Below are positions 26,501-40,400 of a stretch of DNA of 64,000 nt, in pieces. Origin of the DNA: Bugula neritina. Its lineage: Eukaryota > Animalia > Bryozoa. The number at the start of each line of letters is the position of its first letter. Positions within the stretch are counted from its first letter, which is position 1. The stretch covers positions 7,802,722 through 7,866,721 of the forward strand of contig OZ037766.1 in assembly GCA_964035545.1 (NCBI GenBank), read 5' to 3'. The position numbers and the translations under genes are program-made. Below the pieces are notes generated by a model. The model was given only the letters and a program-made list of their open reading frames with translations, was not told the origin of the DNA and searched no databases.

Positions 26501-29500
26501 GTATTTGTTCCTTCAGCTGCGGTATCTATTCCATAGCACTTACAGCGGTAGTTGATGGTATTACAGAAACAGCTGCTCCAGAGGCTGGAGGCTGCTAACC
26601 TTACTATGCTGCTGGTTTGTCTGCTCAGATATTCTAAAGCCTTTTCTACTGACGTACTTGCAACAGAACGCTGCAGATCCTTCTAGAACTTACTACACTA
26701 TAGCATCTACTTGTCTACTTGCTCTTCGAAAAACCTTAAAGCATGGCGGTAGAAGAAATGTGCCAACATCTGATGAAATCACAGCTATTATGGTAAATAA
26801 TTTGTGTAATTGATATTGCATCTTGTTCAACTTTTTTAAGAATTTACCAGTCGCTGATGCATATATTTCATTTTTTAGTTTTGGTTTCTATTATACCATA
26901 TACAAAAAGTAACGGGTTCTGAAGTACACCCCATTGTGTGGATGATGTAACAATTTATATATTACCAATAGACTAGTAATACATGAATATAATAAATTAT
27001 GTTATGCCTGATGCAAGTCTTATTGTAATATATAATATGTTTAAAGGCGTACTATACATGCTGTAGCAGTTTCACTATAATTAATTGATTAATCAAGATT
27101 ACTCACCGTAGTTTGTGCATAAAATTAAATACACAGACTTGATAAACTACTATTATTTTGCTTTTCTCTATGTCGGAGTGTTTGAAAAGAATGATGGGTA
27201 ATCAATCTATTGAACATGGAGAGTGTAAATAGTTTATACTTTATTGTTAAAGATATCGTCTGTAAAGTTTAGCAGCTTGTAACAATAGTCTGTCAATTAT
27301 AGTACTCGCCACAATCAGCATAATTATAGATCTTTACAGAAGAAGGCAATTCCACATTTTTCCTATATGCATTCCAGATGTCGTTATATTGGCGTATCTA
27401 TAACATATGGCAAGGTCTACCTTAACACTTACACTAGTAGTACCTGTATATGCCTATATGCTTATTTACACATGTGACATGTAGGCCTACATCTGGCTTA
27501 ATTTGATAATTAATAATAACTATTATCATATAAGCCCTAGAATGAATACTGTGTTATTATATATAGTATATATGCAGTGCTGCCCTTTCTTCTTTGGCTA
27601 GCTGCAGCATCATGTTGGTATTAAACTGACGATGGTTATGTGTTTTAGGAGGGGAAGTTAAGCAAGAGGCAAACCGTTTACCTTCCTGGATCTCAGAGTG
27701 GAATGACAGTGAATATCACACCTTATACTGTAAGTCATTTTGCTGTCACATCTCAAATACTGTGCTATTTTAAGAAGTGAATAACCCTATGCCATTGTTT
27801 CACTAAAAAATCGATATGTTATGCTAATATATAATGATGGCTTTGCAAGATGTCGTTTCATTATACTAAGTTAAACTAGCAAGTTTAACAGTGATTGTAC
27901 ACTCACACTAGCATTCCCTGGCAGTATATCAGTACTCTTTAAACTAAAATCAGTTGAAGCTATAATAAAGCTTTTGGTAAAAAGCCCTTTCATTCATGTA
28001 AAAATGTTGTTTTGATGTTTTAAATACATTTATTTTACAGCAATAAATTTCTTATCTGAAATTATATGAATTTAGAGAAATATCAGGCTACATAATAATA
28101 AACATTGGAGAATGTTAAAAATTTTCATAAATAAATGCTATTAAATTGCATATCGTGGAACACCTTTATCTACTCCACCTTCAGATTATAGTTTTGAGAG
28201 TTGGGTTTATAGTACGGTCATCATTTTAAATAAAGCTTAGCCTAATAGTCTATCCTGTAGTGAATATATGAGTGCACTTTTCAATGCTAAAGATAATTCC
28301 TGCTGTATTGTATAAATTTTATCAGCAGGTTTTCAGCTGACATCCTAATCTTTGTTTGTTTCAATATAGCATATAGCAATATATCAGTTCTTCGTGCTTA
28401 AATTTTTCCACTCTTACAAATGTTTAATAACAACTGTACAACTAACCTAAATGAATAACGTTCTATTTATAATAATGTAATTTATAAGTAAATTTATCAA
28501 CCGTCGTGCCCATATCTGATGGCTATGTAAAATACAGCATGTCTGGAATGAAAATATAATTTTTGTCAGTAATTCTGTAAATAATAAAGTTTACTAGTTC
28601 GTGATACACTCGGTAGTTTTTTGCATAATATATTAATTTAGAGTTTAAGTAGATACTATATTTGACTGTCTACACTCTACTATAATGACATGCTGCTTCA
28701 TTTTATTGAATAAAAGCATATATAGCATACTATGTTGCATGTTTTCAAAGTGAATTATATTTATTAGCATAAAGTACGTACTGATCTAGTTTATGTAAAA
28801 ACATGCATGTTTTGTATTGTTCAGTTGGTGAAGGAGACTTTAGAAGAAATATGCACTAAACTGGGCATCATTAGTCAGGCTGAGATGGAAGAATACGCCA
28901 TGTTTGCTCTGTATGAAAAGGGTCAGTGTCAGGTTTTGGTTGTTGAAATACTATATATAGCCAGTGATCATTGCGGTAGAATTATTAAGCTAGGGGCCTG
29001 TGCTAGGTACTCTATATTTATTTTATAATACTCGAAAAATTGTTTTTTGTTCATTGTAGGTGCTCAGTCAGGTAAGCACCACTTATATTCCTCATATCTG
29101 CTTATGTATACCTACACTACATGTATATGTATACCTACACTACATGTATATGTATACCTACACTACATGTATATGTATACCTACACTACATATATGTATA
29201 TGTATACCTACACTACATGTATATGTATGTGTATACCTACACTACATGTATATGTATGTGTATACCTACACTACACACACACACGTCCGTACACACCCAT
29301 GTGCACACATACATTCACTTATATTTCTATCATAAGCTATTCAATGTTACTTTTGTGAGTAAATTTTAAACATTTTAGCTAAGTTCTTGCAAAAGATATG
29401 CTTATGCTTATATGCAATATTGTAACAAAATTAAACTCTGTGTAATCTCCCATTTATTTGTACCTCTCCTGCTGTGTGTTAAGGGTTATAATTCCACAAG

Positions 29501-32500
29501 TTTGTGATGCTTTAGGTAAGGCAACTCCAACTGATTAATGTTGCATATAAATATGTAGGAAAATTGTTTGTAGAATTATTAATTCAAATTCCTAGGTATA
29601 TACCATCAACTATATTTGTAATGTGTTGTAATAAAACTTGCTATGAAATCTTAGAAATTCACTTTTTAGTCTCATGCATTAGGTAACCTTTAAGTGTCAT
29701 CATCATAAGTAGTCTGTTAATACTCGGTACAATCTTGATGTGTATATTAAGTTTAAATCCATTTATCTGAAGATTGTATGCAATGGACATTAAGTTTCTT
29801 TACTCAAATTCTACAAGGCAACTTTTATTGGATCTACATCAGCTTTTTTCCATTGACTCAATAAATATGTTTATATTATATTATTCAAACTGAAAAATCC
29901 TTATGATATACTCATGAAAATATGTATCATTATATAATATTAAGAATTATCTGCCCATACTATAAGTAGGCAGCATTGAAATTTATGTTTTATATAGAAA
30001 TTAAATAAAAATATCACGTTTGTGCTGCATATCCAAGTTTATTCTAATTCTATTAGTTTGGTTTAGACGGTTTTACAGTCTTTACTTCCCAATCAAAATC
30101 ATTCACATTTGTAGGAGCTGACAATTGCATCCGACTGAAAAAAGAAGAGTATATAATGGATATCATAACCCAAATGAGGCTGCATCAGATTTCTTGTACT
30201 CTTCTATTTGAAAGAATATGTTGGTATTACCCTCTTCATTATGATGTCATTTCCTATGATTGCACTAATATGATGTACCACCAGGCCATCCAGCTGTACC
30301 TTGATGGCTGGCTAATAGCACTACCCCCCAGTGGTAGCAAGGTGCCTCATAAACTCACTGTAAGTGTATACTTCAGCCTTAGTGGTTAGGTTATCTTATC
30401 TGCAATAAATTTAGATGATATATATGCTGCATTTCCCCTACATTTGTGTATTCACATGTTGATGTGGTAACTTCAGTAAATAATTCTGAAAATTGTCTTA
30501 TTGGGTTTATTTGTATCATTAGGATGCACAATTTAGTTCTCTTGATTTGGAAGAGCAGATAGACTGCGCTTTGTGTTTGTCTTTCAAGTACAGAGGTGTA
30601 GACTTTGGCTTAGCTTAGGGTTGGCACGGGTTACTCTGTTTCACAGTCAGATATTTAGAACTAACACTATCTAAGAATTGTAACTTTGCACCTATTTTAT
30701 ATTTTCTCATTAAAATTTGTGAGTTTGCAATTATTATTCAACATTTGAAGCAGCTAGTTTTGGTGACAGCAAACAAATTAAACTCATTTACTGAAATAGA
30801 TACATGTATAAATATGCCTGTAATTCCTATAATTTTAATTTCATATGTATGTCTTCTAAAATGTGTTTTTGTATGACTGTAGGAAGATATTATACAAATA
30901 GCCTCCCTCATGTGGCGTATAGGCACTAATGATGACGAAGCTCTCCAGTTGTAAGTATCAAGTCCTTATCGAGGTGTTGATAACAGACATTTATGCATAG
31001 ACCTGTTACATTATATCAGACTAAGTTGAACTATATATTATGCTCAGCTTGACATATTGTGTTTCCAACTAGCCCCTGTTTAATATCAAAGCCTGCCTAA
31101 TTTAGCTCCATCCTAAGATGTAATCTGATAGTCCTTGTGGTCTCATCTTTATTGTAATTTAATTTCATCAAATTCCTTTTTGTATAACGCACATGTCATG
31201 TGTTTCACAGAGACGTATGTGTAGAGTTCGTGCCCGACTTGGTGCTCACATATAAAATTCTCTCTCCGACTCAAATATTTGACGGGATGGCTAAATTTTT
31301 GAAACACTTGGATCCTGTGACTTCAACTGAACTCGATTTCAAGATTGATGTCCTTGACATATTAAGGAGATGGCCGATGTTTGGAGCATCATTTTATAAA
31401 GCAAAGGTGCTACAGAAAAGAATATATATATAAACTTGCTTGAAAATTTAAATTGTAGGTTTTATGAGTGAATTAGATTAGGAATCATTTGATTTGCACA
31501 TTTATGGTTGTTAGCGTAAACATAAATAATCAGCTTAATAAGAAATTGGCCTATTAAAGGGTTTTCTGTATTCCATGTTATAATATTGTTAACTCAGTGC
31601 AGTGTTACTAGCATTATATACTTGCGTATGCTATATAAGATAGTCATTCAATGGCTGAACTCAGTAAGAGGGCAAACCCTATAGTGGTCTGGTTGCTGTA
31701 AAATAACTCATTGTATTCCTATCAACTAGTATTTGCTTATAAAATAAGATGCATAAAACAGGAATATGATTTGAATTTCCATCAGTCTGACTGCATTTAC
31801 AAGACATGCTGACCTATAATGAGTCAGCCAATTTGAATGTATGTGTTTTACTGATAAGAGCTAATAATAGATGTTGAAGTTATCAACTAATGTTTTAGTG
31901 CCAGACTGAGCCAAAGTTGGGAGGTAAATGTATACTTGCAGTTAACAGAGCCGGAGTTCACTTTCTAGACAGTGACTCTCAGGTATGCACACATAAACCC
32001 TTCTATAAACAAATATCTATGTTTATAAGATGTCTATGTTCTATAACATATCTATAATCATAATGTCTATGCTCTATAACATATCTATAATGTCTATGCT
32101 CTATAACATATCTATCATGTCTATGCTCTATAACATATCTATCATGTCTATGCTGTTACATATCTATGTCTATAACACACCTATGTATATAATGTGTCTG
32201 GGCCTGTAAAATCATATATCTATGAAGTGCCCATGTCTTTAAAATATCTATGTTTACATTCTATAACATATCTAATGTCTAGGAAATATCTATGTCTATG
32301 AAGGAAGTACCCATGTTCATAAAATATCTATGCCTTTGATATTATATGCATGAATCATGCTTGCAGTCTGTTATTATAACATTTTCAGCTCATGTTTATA
32401 ATTTCCATTAATTTGACAGTTTGAAATGCACTGATGATGTCGAATAAACTGAACTAACTGCTGTTTGTACATTAGAGTATAGTAATCTCTAACCATATAA

Positions 32501-32970
32501 AATGAAATTATCTCCCCATTGCTATCCCAAAACAACTTTGTGAAAAACTCTGCTAATCTTAACTATTTATTGGATTCTTTGTTTTAGAATTAGCTACGTT
32601 TTTGAATTGAATAAGTAATTACATTGATATATATAGACAATGGTACTCTGAGCTGCACCGAAAAGATCATTTTTGGTACAAAGATAGAGTACAGAATATT
32701 TTTGCTTCTAAACATGAAAAACATGCTTCCTTATGAATCTAGTGTCAGTATTTCTTGATGTTTTAGAAATGCGTTTTGTCTTATCCATTCACTGAAGTTA
32801 TCTCTACACGAAAGATCCTAACTGATACGACAGAGAAACTGGATTTCAAAGTTGGAAACAACAGAATACAGAAAATCATACAAATAGAAACTAATCAAGC
32901 TGGAGACATCGTGCACATCATTGGACAATATATTAAAGTATTAAACAGCTGTGCCAAATTATCTTCATGA
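20563..32970 (+). CDS. Myosin XV-like tail-only MyTH4-FERM protein, about 631 aa (635 with microexon), no motor domain in the window
   Basis: Exons 20563-20626, 21705-21835, 22175-22266, 22869-22975, 23773-23840, 24413-24562, 25280-25362, 26567-26792, 27649-27729, 28825-28921, (29060-29071), 30115-30359, 30883-30950, 31211-31406, 31899-31982, 32767-32970; phases consistent. MyTH4 motifs ILMFMGD, ELKDEIYCQLTKQTTNN, CSRGWRLL, KHGGRRNVP. FERM motifs EYIMDI, MYHQAIQLYLDG, WPMFGASFY, CILAVNRAGVHFL, YPFTEVISTR. FSMLEFSMMYYR and WSWKEQAEAVKW resemble the class XV tail. The first two exons are less certain. Confidence 0.88.
29060..29071 (+). other. Candidate 12-nt frame-preserving microexon (adds GAQS)
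   Basis: tgttttttgttcattgtag|GTGCTCAGTCAG|gtaagc within a phase-1 intron. Confidence 0.6.
29103..29284. repeat. Minisatellite, about 7 copies of 23-29 nt TATGTATACCTACACTACATGTA
   Basis: Adjacent tandem copies without unique spacers; source of ORFs 29047, 29060 and 29121. Confidence 0.92.
32010..32340. repeat. Degenerate minisatellite, unit about TGTCTATGCTCTATAACATATCTAT(A/C)A
   Basis: Near-perfect copies at about 32030-32165, decaying on both sides. Confidence 0.85.
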
Positions 32971-34488
32971 TTATTACTTAGTTTTCAACCCACAGACCAT
33001 GTATATGCATTACAAATTTCACTATAGACATAATATATTTTAGTTGCAATATACTGCTCTACCATGTTTTTTATACATTATTCCAATCACTGCTTTTACA
33101 ACTTATTAAGTATTTGAGCATTTTTATTCTGAATATGTGAGAACATGTTGAAAGTTCTAAATTCATGCTGCGCCATCTTATAGCATCTCTATGGTACTAA
33201 ATACCACTGCTGAACTGACCAAACCTTTAGGAGTTGTCTCCCTTACAGGTGCTGCTCAAAAAAAGTCTGCTTATTGTATAATAATTGTGACTTTTTGTTC
33301 ATTCATTAATAAGCTTACTTTTTATGCCATGATATTCTGCAAACCTTATCTATGCCAGTCGTTTAGTAATTAGTAGCTATTGTTATATTTTTCTTGCTTA
33401 ATTTTTGTAATAGGCTACTGAGAGTTTTATTAAAGTTGAATTTCTTAATTTCGAACATTCCAAGTGATGTGGTATAGCTTTTTGCATATTTGTTTCATAG
33501 TTTTCTAGTATCACCTGTTACTGACCACATTCTAAATTTAAGATCATGCACATGTAATTTTTATAATAGTCTATAATGGTCTAGTATCTATAGATTTTCC
33601 ATTACAGTATATATATTTAGCTATTGTTTTTCTGTTGTATGCAATAAATAATTTGATGAATAACCTATAATAGACTACAACAAGAGATCTCTGTGTTCTT
33701 ATTGCTGTGCCTGTACACCTCTGACATCGCGTGTAAATTTTATTGCTATATGCCTATTATTCGTTATTTGCAATGCTCAAAGGTCTTTTTCTCCAAAACT
33801 CAAATAAATTGTTTGAAAACGACTTTCTAGTATTGCATTGTATGATAGGAAAAAACTCCTTTTCACAAGTGATCAGTGTTGAGTAGAATATATATAGAGC
33901 AGCAGCTATCCGATGAACAACCTGCAGTCACCTGCTCTTCCACTCACTCCATGTAACAATAAATGATTCCAGCCAAGTGCGGGTGTCTCACTAAGTACAC
34001 CAGCCTGCACCTCATTGTCATAATGCAGTGGATGCAAAGTTTGATTAGACACTGTCTGTTCTATAATGAAACAATACTTATGTGAAAAAATGAATCTTAC
34101 ATATTGTACTAATTACTGGCTAGCATATGTTCAGCTAGTCTCAGCATTCGCAGGAAATTAGTGCTAACGTCTTGAATAAAGCGCTCATTGGTCACCTAGT
34201 GTGTTAGGAAATTTTTTATCACTGAGTTAACTAAACACTGAAATGCAAGCCTGACACCTGGGCTAGATTTTTGTGATTGCTAGTTGCACCTCCATTGATT
34301 GCGCCTTATTCAATCTCCAGATTCTAGAAATCGTTTCTTGCTTTTCTTCAGCAAGCAGGCGACATCTGGAGCTGGACAGGAAGAGGTGTGGTCTATTGGT
34401 AACCAGAGAAGGAAGTTAGGGCTCCTTAGCCCACCACTGTCAACACCATCCGCTGGTGATACAATTGTTCTCTCCGAATTCAGGCAAA

Positions 34489-37400
34489 ATGCGACGCTCA
34501 TCTGGATATGTTTTTACCCTTCTCTTTTCAGTTTTAGCTACAGGAGTTATAGCTGATAAAGGTAAGAGTTTTTGTATGCAAAGTAACCTAATGGAGCAAA
34601 TAGCAAATGCATGCACCTGTTATTTTTAGTGCCTAGTTGTAAGAAATATATAATAGAATGATCATAACTCTTTAGAAAGTAAATGCTTTGAAATCTATAT
34701 TAATATAAAGTTGCAATAACGAAAATATTTTGTATGTATAAGTATACACTCTTGTTGTCTTTAGATTGGTTATAGGTGCAAATCCAATAAAATCAGTCAC
34801 TTTTTTTCATTGCAATGCATGCATCTGGCTCAGTATCTTGTGAAAATAACTAACCATTACATAACAAATATTACAAAGAACGACATCTTTTACTACCTAA
34901 CTTGGAAACTCTGAACCTAAAGTGGCTATCCTGTGGTTAATTTAAGGTTAACAGCATTATCACCATTTTCACTAAACGTTGCAGTGGTGTATATTTGACC
35001 AGTTCCATTTTTGTCATAAAACTGATTAGTAAATTATGATGAACAAAATTTAATTAAAAAATTTAAGTAAAGCTGAAATTTGAGAGTTTGAAATTTAAAA
35101 ATAATAAAAATAATGTATAGTAAATGTTTCATTGATAATTATAAGTGCTGTGCAATAAACCAGTCAGCAAGATTGTTGTGATGCAAAATATAGTGATCTA
35201 TATTTAGACGCTATATCCAATATACAGTCTGACAGTCCACAAGCCCCTCAAGGACCTTATGGCCGTCCTGGAGAGCCTGGCCCACCTGGTCGCAGGGGAA
35301 TGATTGGTGATCCAGGAAAAGCTGGTGCAAACGGCAAACCTGGCATGCCAGGGAAAATGGGAACTAAGCCGATATTGGTAAGTTAGCCATATATGGTATT
35401 TGTGCAACCTCTTCTTGCATTGTCTAAATAAGTTTTCAAAGTAATGAACAAAATTAATTATTTCTTCACCAACATCAGTTTAAATCATCGTCATTTTTCG
35501 AATACGTTATATTTTACGTGGCTGCTATTTTACATAGCAATACTTTTTAATGGGTCCAAAAAATGAAGACAAATTGCTGTGAAATGCATAAAGTGTGTAA
35601 AAGGCTAGATTCTAAAAAATTGTTCTCCATGTCATTAAAAAATAGTTTTTGCTTAATAACATCATGTCCCAGTAAAAAATGCTGCCCAAGGTCTCAACTA
35701 ACTACTCTGCTTTCACTGCAGTGCATTCTATTTCCCTTCAGATACTTTTGTCTCAATCAAGTCTGAAATTATGGTTCTATTTTTAAGATCGAAAATTTGC
35801 AAACTGTTCTTTAGCTTATGCTTTTTGTGGGGTTTTCAGAAACATTTTATATTTTTATATAAATCCTGTAAATATCTGAAAGCCTGTTAACATTATTTCA
35901 TCGTGCACTAAGAATCACATTTCAGGCAATCTCTTTGTTTTGAGCTCTTGGTAGCATGGAGAGGAAATGATGAACACGCATGCAAACTTGTACAAAGTTA
36001 CACAAATTAATTTAATTAGGATTTTAGTATAGCTAAAGGGGGTATTATTGTAGTCACTTGAAACTGAAGTCTACTGATACATCACCTGCTCAATCTTGTC
36101 TAACCTGAACAGGGTAATGCATAAGATACAATTTTGTTTCAAGCTCACATATGTTCTTTTAGCACGATTTAAGGTAAAATTGCAGAAACAATCAAAGCTG
36201 ATGGCATCTAAGTAAAATTGTTTATACAACTAGAGATGTTTTTATAGGTAACATCACTCAATTCCTTAACACTTGATGTTTGATAACCTATTATACTGCA
36301 GTGTTTAGCCTTTGTGTGAGCAACAAATTTAATATAATATTATTAAGTCCATTAGCATCAAGCATATTATTTGAACTATACATAATTATAAGCTTGATCT
36401 CAGTGAAGTAATAAAAAAAGTAAATTGAGTGGTATAAAGTATTTGCCTAAAAATTGACCTCGCCATCTGTGGTACAGATTTTATTCATTAAAGCATCAAG
36501 TTATTAAATATTCTTATATCACATGACAATATAATAGTTTTTAAATATTAAATGCCAACTTTTAATTTATAATTACATTAAACAGACAATACTTCATAAA
36601 GATAATATAACCTCATTGACTTTTTACTCAATAGAGCTGACCAAATATCCTGTTCAAATTCTGGCCGTAAAAAAGCTTCTAAAATGTATTGAATAGATCA
36701 TTGGTAAATGGGATATCTAACTTCTCATGGCTATATTAACTACAGTTCAAATTTTTGCCAGTGATTACAGTTTTCTAATAAAATTTTACTATAAATTGAA
36801 TTTCTAATCTGGTAAAACCATAAAAATTAATTTTAAACCATCTTATAAAAAATAAGTATGAGATATATTGTAATGTGGCTCAGAAATTACGGATTGGGAA
36901 TACTACTTACATACTTTCAGTTTTAATAAAACAAAAGCTTAAAATGCATAATCAAATTTAGCTTGTTCTCATTTTTCAACTGCTTCTGCAGCATTATATA
37001 TATTAGCAAGTTTACATTTTATAATGCTACGAATAATAATTTAATACTGCTATATATACACTGCTATAATATATACGTTACAGGACCCTCAGCATATAGC
37101 TAGTATGTCTGGTATGGATCTTAAAGGACCACAAGCTTCTCCACCTCAATACATGACTATGGGACCTGTAAGTACCATTACACTTTAATCTTGATATCTC
37201 AACTAGTGTAGCAATTATCTAGACCAGGGGTGTTCAACAATTTCAGAGGGAGAACCACTTTGTAAAATTTACCTTGAGCTGAGGGCCATAGTAGCTACTA
37301 GTATTTTTCAAATTACTTTGTTTCAAATTACTATGAATCATTGCATAATGAAGTCCCAGTAGTTGCTACAGGCTGCATGTTTTGTAGCATGTGTATAAAA

Positions 37401-40400
37401 ACGACATTAGAAAGTGTTATTCACTCTAATTCAAGTAAACTGTGAAAAATAATTTTAGTTTTATGCCTTTAAGGTCACAAAAAATGTAGGCTAAGGGCCA
37501 CTTCCGGCCCTAGAGACACCTGTTAAACAGTCCTGATCTAGACCATGTTGTGGGTCTATGAAAATCAAAAAGAGGCTGAACCTTGCAGTTGTTGCAAGCT
37601 GTTATAATTGATCAATATTGGCAACTGCCCTAAATACAGTGCATGTAAAGCAGTCTTTCAGGCAAGTAGTTAATTTTTGGTTTATTAGTTTTTTAATACA
37701 CTCAGCAAAATAGCAAACGTGCTTACACATTTTGTTTGGAAATAACATTCAGGTGCAATTTTTTAAAATAATCTTTTTAACTATAAAAGCAATCGGAGAA
37801 TACAAGTTATCTTTTTATAATACACTATGCCGTTGGAAAAATTATAAAAAATATAATAGGAATCATTGAGCTAAGGCTATTCAAAGCTGGCAGTCATCAT
37901 TCTTTAGATGTATTGGGTGCAATGAATAATAACACTTATTAACTATAGCTGAGTAGTCTTTCAGTGATTTGGAAATTTATATGCACTAAACTGGATGTAA
38001 AAATGGTGCATACAGCATCTGCCATGCCCATTAATGAATTATGGCATCTTATTATTAAATAGTGATACACGTCAAAGCATTTATAACTTTTATTTATTGA
38101 CATTTCTAACTCAAAGGCCAATAAGAGTAAAGATATTGAGTACCAATTAATACTTCTGATTGTTTTAAGTTCAGAATTACAATTTAAGCCAAAGCCTAGA
38201 GAACTTGTATCTTTCAAAACCAAAGCCTTCAACCTAACCAATTTAAAGGTTGTTTTTTTCAAAGAATATTTTATCCTTTTTGGTTGAAATGCTAACAACA
38301 TAGAAAGTCTAAAAACTTAGTAGATTAAGAGCTTTTGTTTACATAATTGAAAATTCCTTTTAGAGAGCAAAATTTAAAATGGTATGTCACTTAATCTTTA
38401 CATTTGGGTTTATAGAGAATGTTTCACATTATTTTTTATATCTATCAATTTTTTGTATTGTAAACCAGGCTGGAAATAAAAATATTTTATTCGTCTTTTC
38501 CAAGCTCATCTTTGGAAAGTATTAGACTTACTGGGTTACTAGGTTATAAATCATCATCAACATTTCTGGCCTGTCTCTATTGTATAGCATTATAAGCAAT
38601 AACAATTTGGTGGTATCATTTGGGTAGCCTACATATTATGCCATATTCACCAATCAGCAATATATAGTTGAAGGACCATTTCCAACCATCAATTGTTAGA
38701 AACAGTTACAGAACTTAGGCTGTGAAGCTTTACTACTGCAGCTAAACGAGTGCAGCTCATATTACGCGAGAAAAATTTAGCTTCCAATATATGAGATTCA
38801 ACACGCATCAATGGCCTTCAAGTATTTCCTGTGTGTCATTCTACAGTCTACGTAGCTTGTACTGGGATGTAGTGTTCTAGTAACTATTGTTAGCTGCTGC
38901 CTGTGTCTTTAACTCTGTCTATTGCCTTATATTGGTGACAGCCAAAATACACAGACCTCAAATAATAATATAAACCATAAAAATGGCTATAATTAAATCA
39001 ACATTAACTGGCGAGGCTCGATACAGTCGATCACTTTTGCATTATTTTTAGTGACCTAAATGTTGTGTTATCTCTACCGGACAAAATTCAAAAAGTTAAA
39101 CAAATATATAAAATAAAATAAAATAAATTTAAATATAGTTACACAATTATATAAAAATATTAAATTAGAATTTTTCAACTATGTTTTTGGTTTTGCTCCA
39201 ACTACAGACTTTTACTGTAAAAGGTCAGAGGTTAATGTCAGCTGACAGTAATTCTATCCACAAGCCTACTGAAAGGTTGTTCATTTTCATCCAACTACTG
39301 CTTTACGTGGAGGGATAGCTGCTGATGCTAGCTGCTAGTCAGTTCGATATTGGAAGATCAGAGCTAGTTTCTTGTTATTTCATTATTTAATGGTTTTTAG
39401 CTTGAATTCTTATTTCAATTTTTCGACTTTTCATCAGCATTCTATTTGACACAGCATTACTTTTATTACATACCTAATTTTATCAATTTACTGGCTTTAG
39501 CAACAGTTGTGATAGTAAGATATTGTGCTTTTTTGTTATCTTTTTTCAGTAGTACAATCATAATTTACCTCACATTAGCGTTTTGAAAAACCCAGGTATT
39601 GAATTTATTTCAATCATAGCAGATTTCCCGTCTTAACAGATTGAGGGAAACACTGTTTTGTAGCATTCCCTTTTGTTGTCGGCTTTGTGGAGATCTGTTT
39701 GATCACGGGTAGTCTAAAAGCATGTCTCTAGAGTTCTGTACTCACATCTAGAGATTAACTTTTGGTCTACTTGCGACAGTTACACTCAGGGACCTCTCTT
39801 CGTATTTGACCTTAATTACAGCAGCTTTTACCAGAGTTATAAACCTTAGAAAGTCTATGGTAAATTATTATGTGCCCCCATTTAGTTCTAAACACTATGG
39901 CCCATTATGTACAGCTCAAGCAGCCAGATTTAGTAAAATACTCTTCATGAATTCCGAACACTTATAACAAAAATAGCATGAAATGAAGTGCAAATTGTCA
40001 AAAAATACCAAAGTTTGCTTCATTTATAAAGAGAATTATTATAAAAAGTGGTTTATACCTCATAGCGCAGTACCACATTGTACTCCCTGCCAATTTTGGG
40101 TGTAGACAACTCCACCTAGTTGTAAACTAAAATCTGAGTAAATTAACTGAATTTGTACACTCATAAGGTCCTATTATACACTTTAAACAGAAGAATATTC
40201 TAGAAATACATATCATGTTTATATAAAACTTGACTATTTTGTAATAGGGTGCCATGGGATCGCCTGGAGATGATGGACTGATAGGAGCCCAGGGTCCACC
40301 TGGGTTTCCTGGACCTATGGGTGAGCCCGGTGATCAAGGTCCAATAGGTGCTACTGGTGTAAGAGGTTCTCGTGGAATTCCTGGCATGAGAGGCCCAGAA

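Noticed and set aside
29103-29284. Regular 23-29-nt repeats resembling a CRISPR array
   Set aside because: No unique spacers, no cas genes, and located in a eukaryotic intron; it is a minisatellite.
37939-38301. 120-aa minus-strand ORF in collagen intron 3
   Set aside because: No recognisable domain or splice context; composition is typical of AT-rich non-coding DNA.
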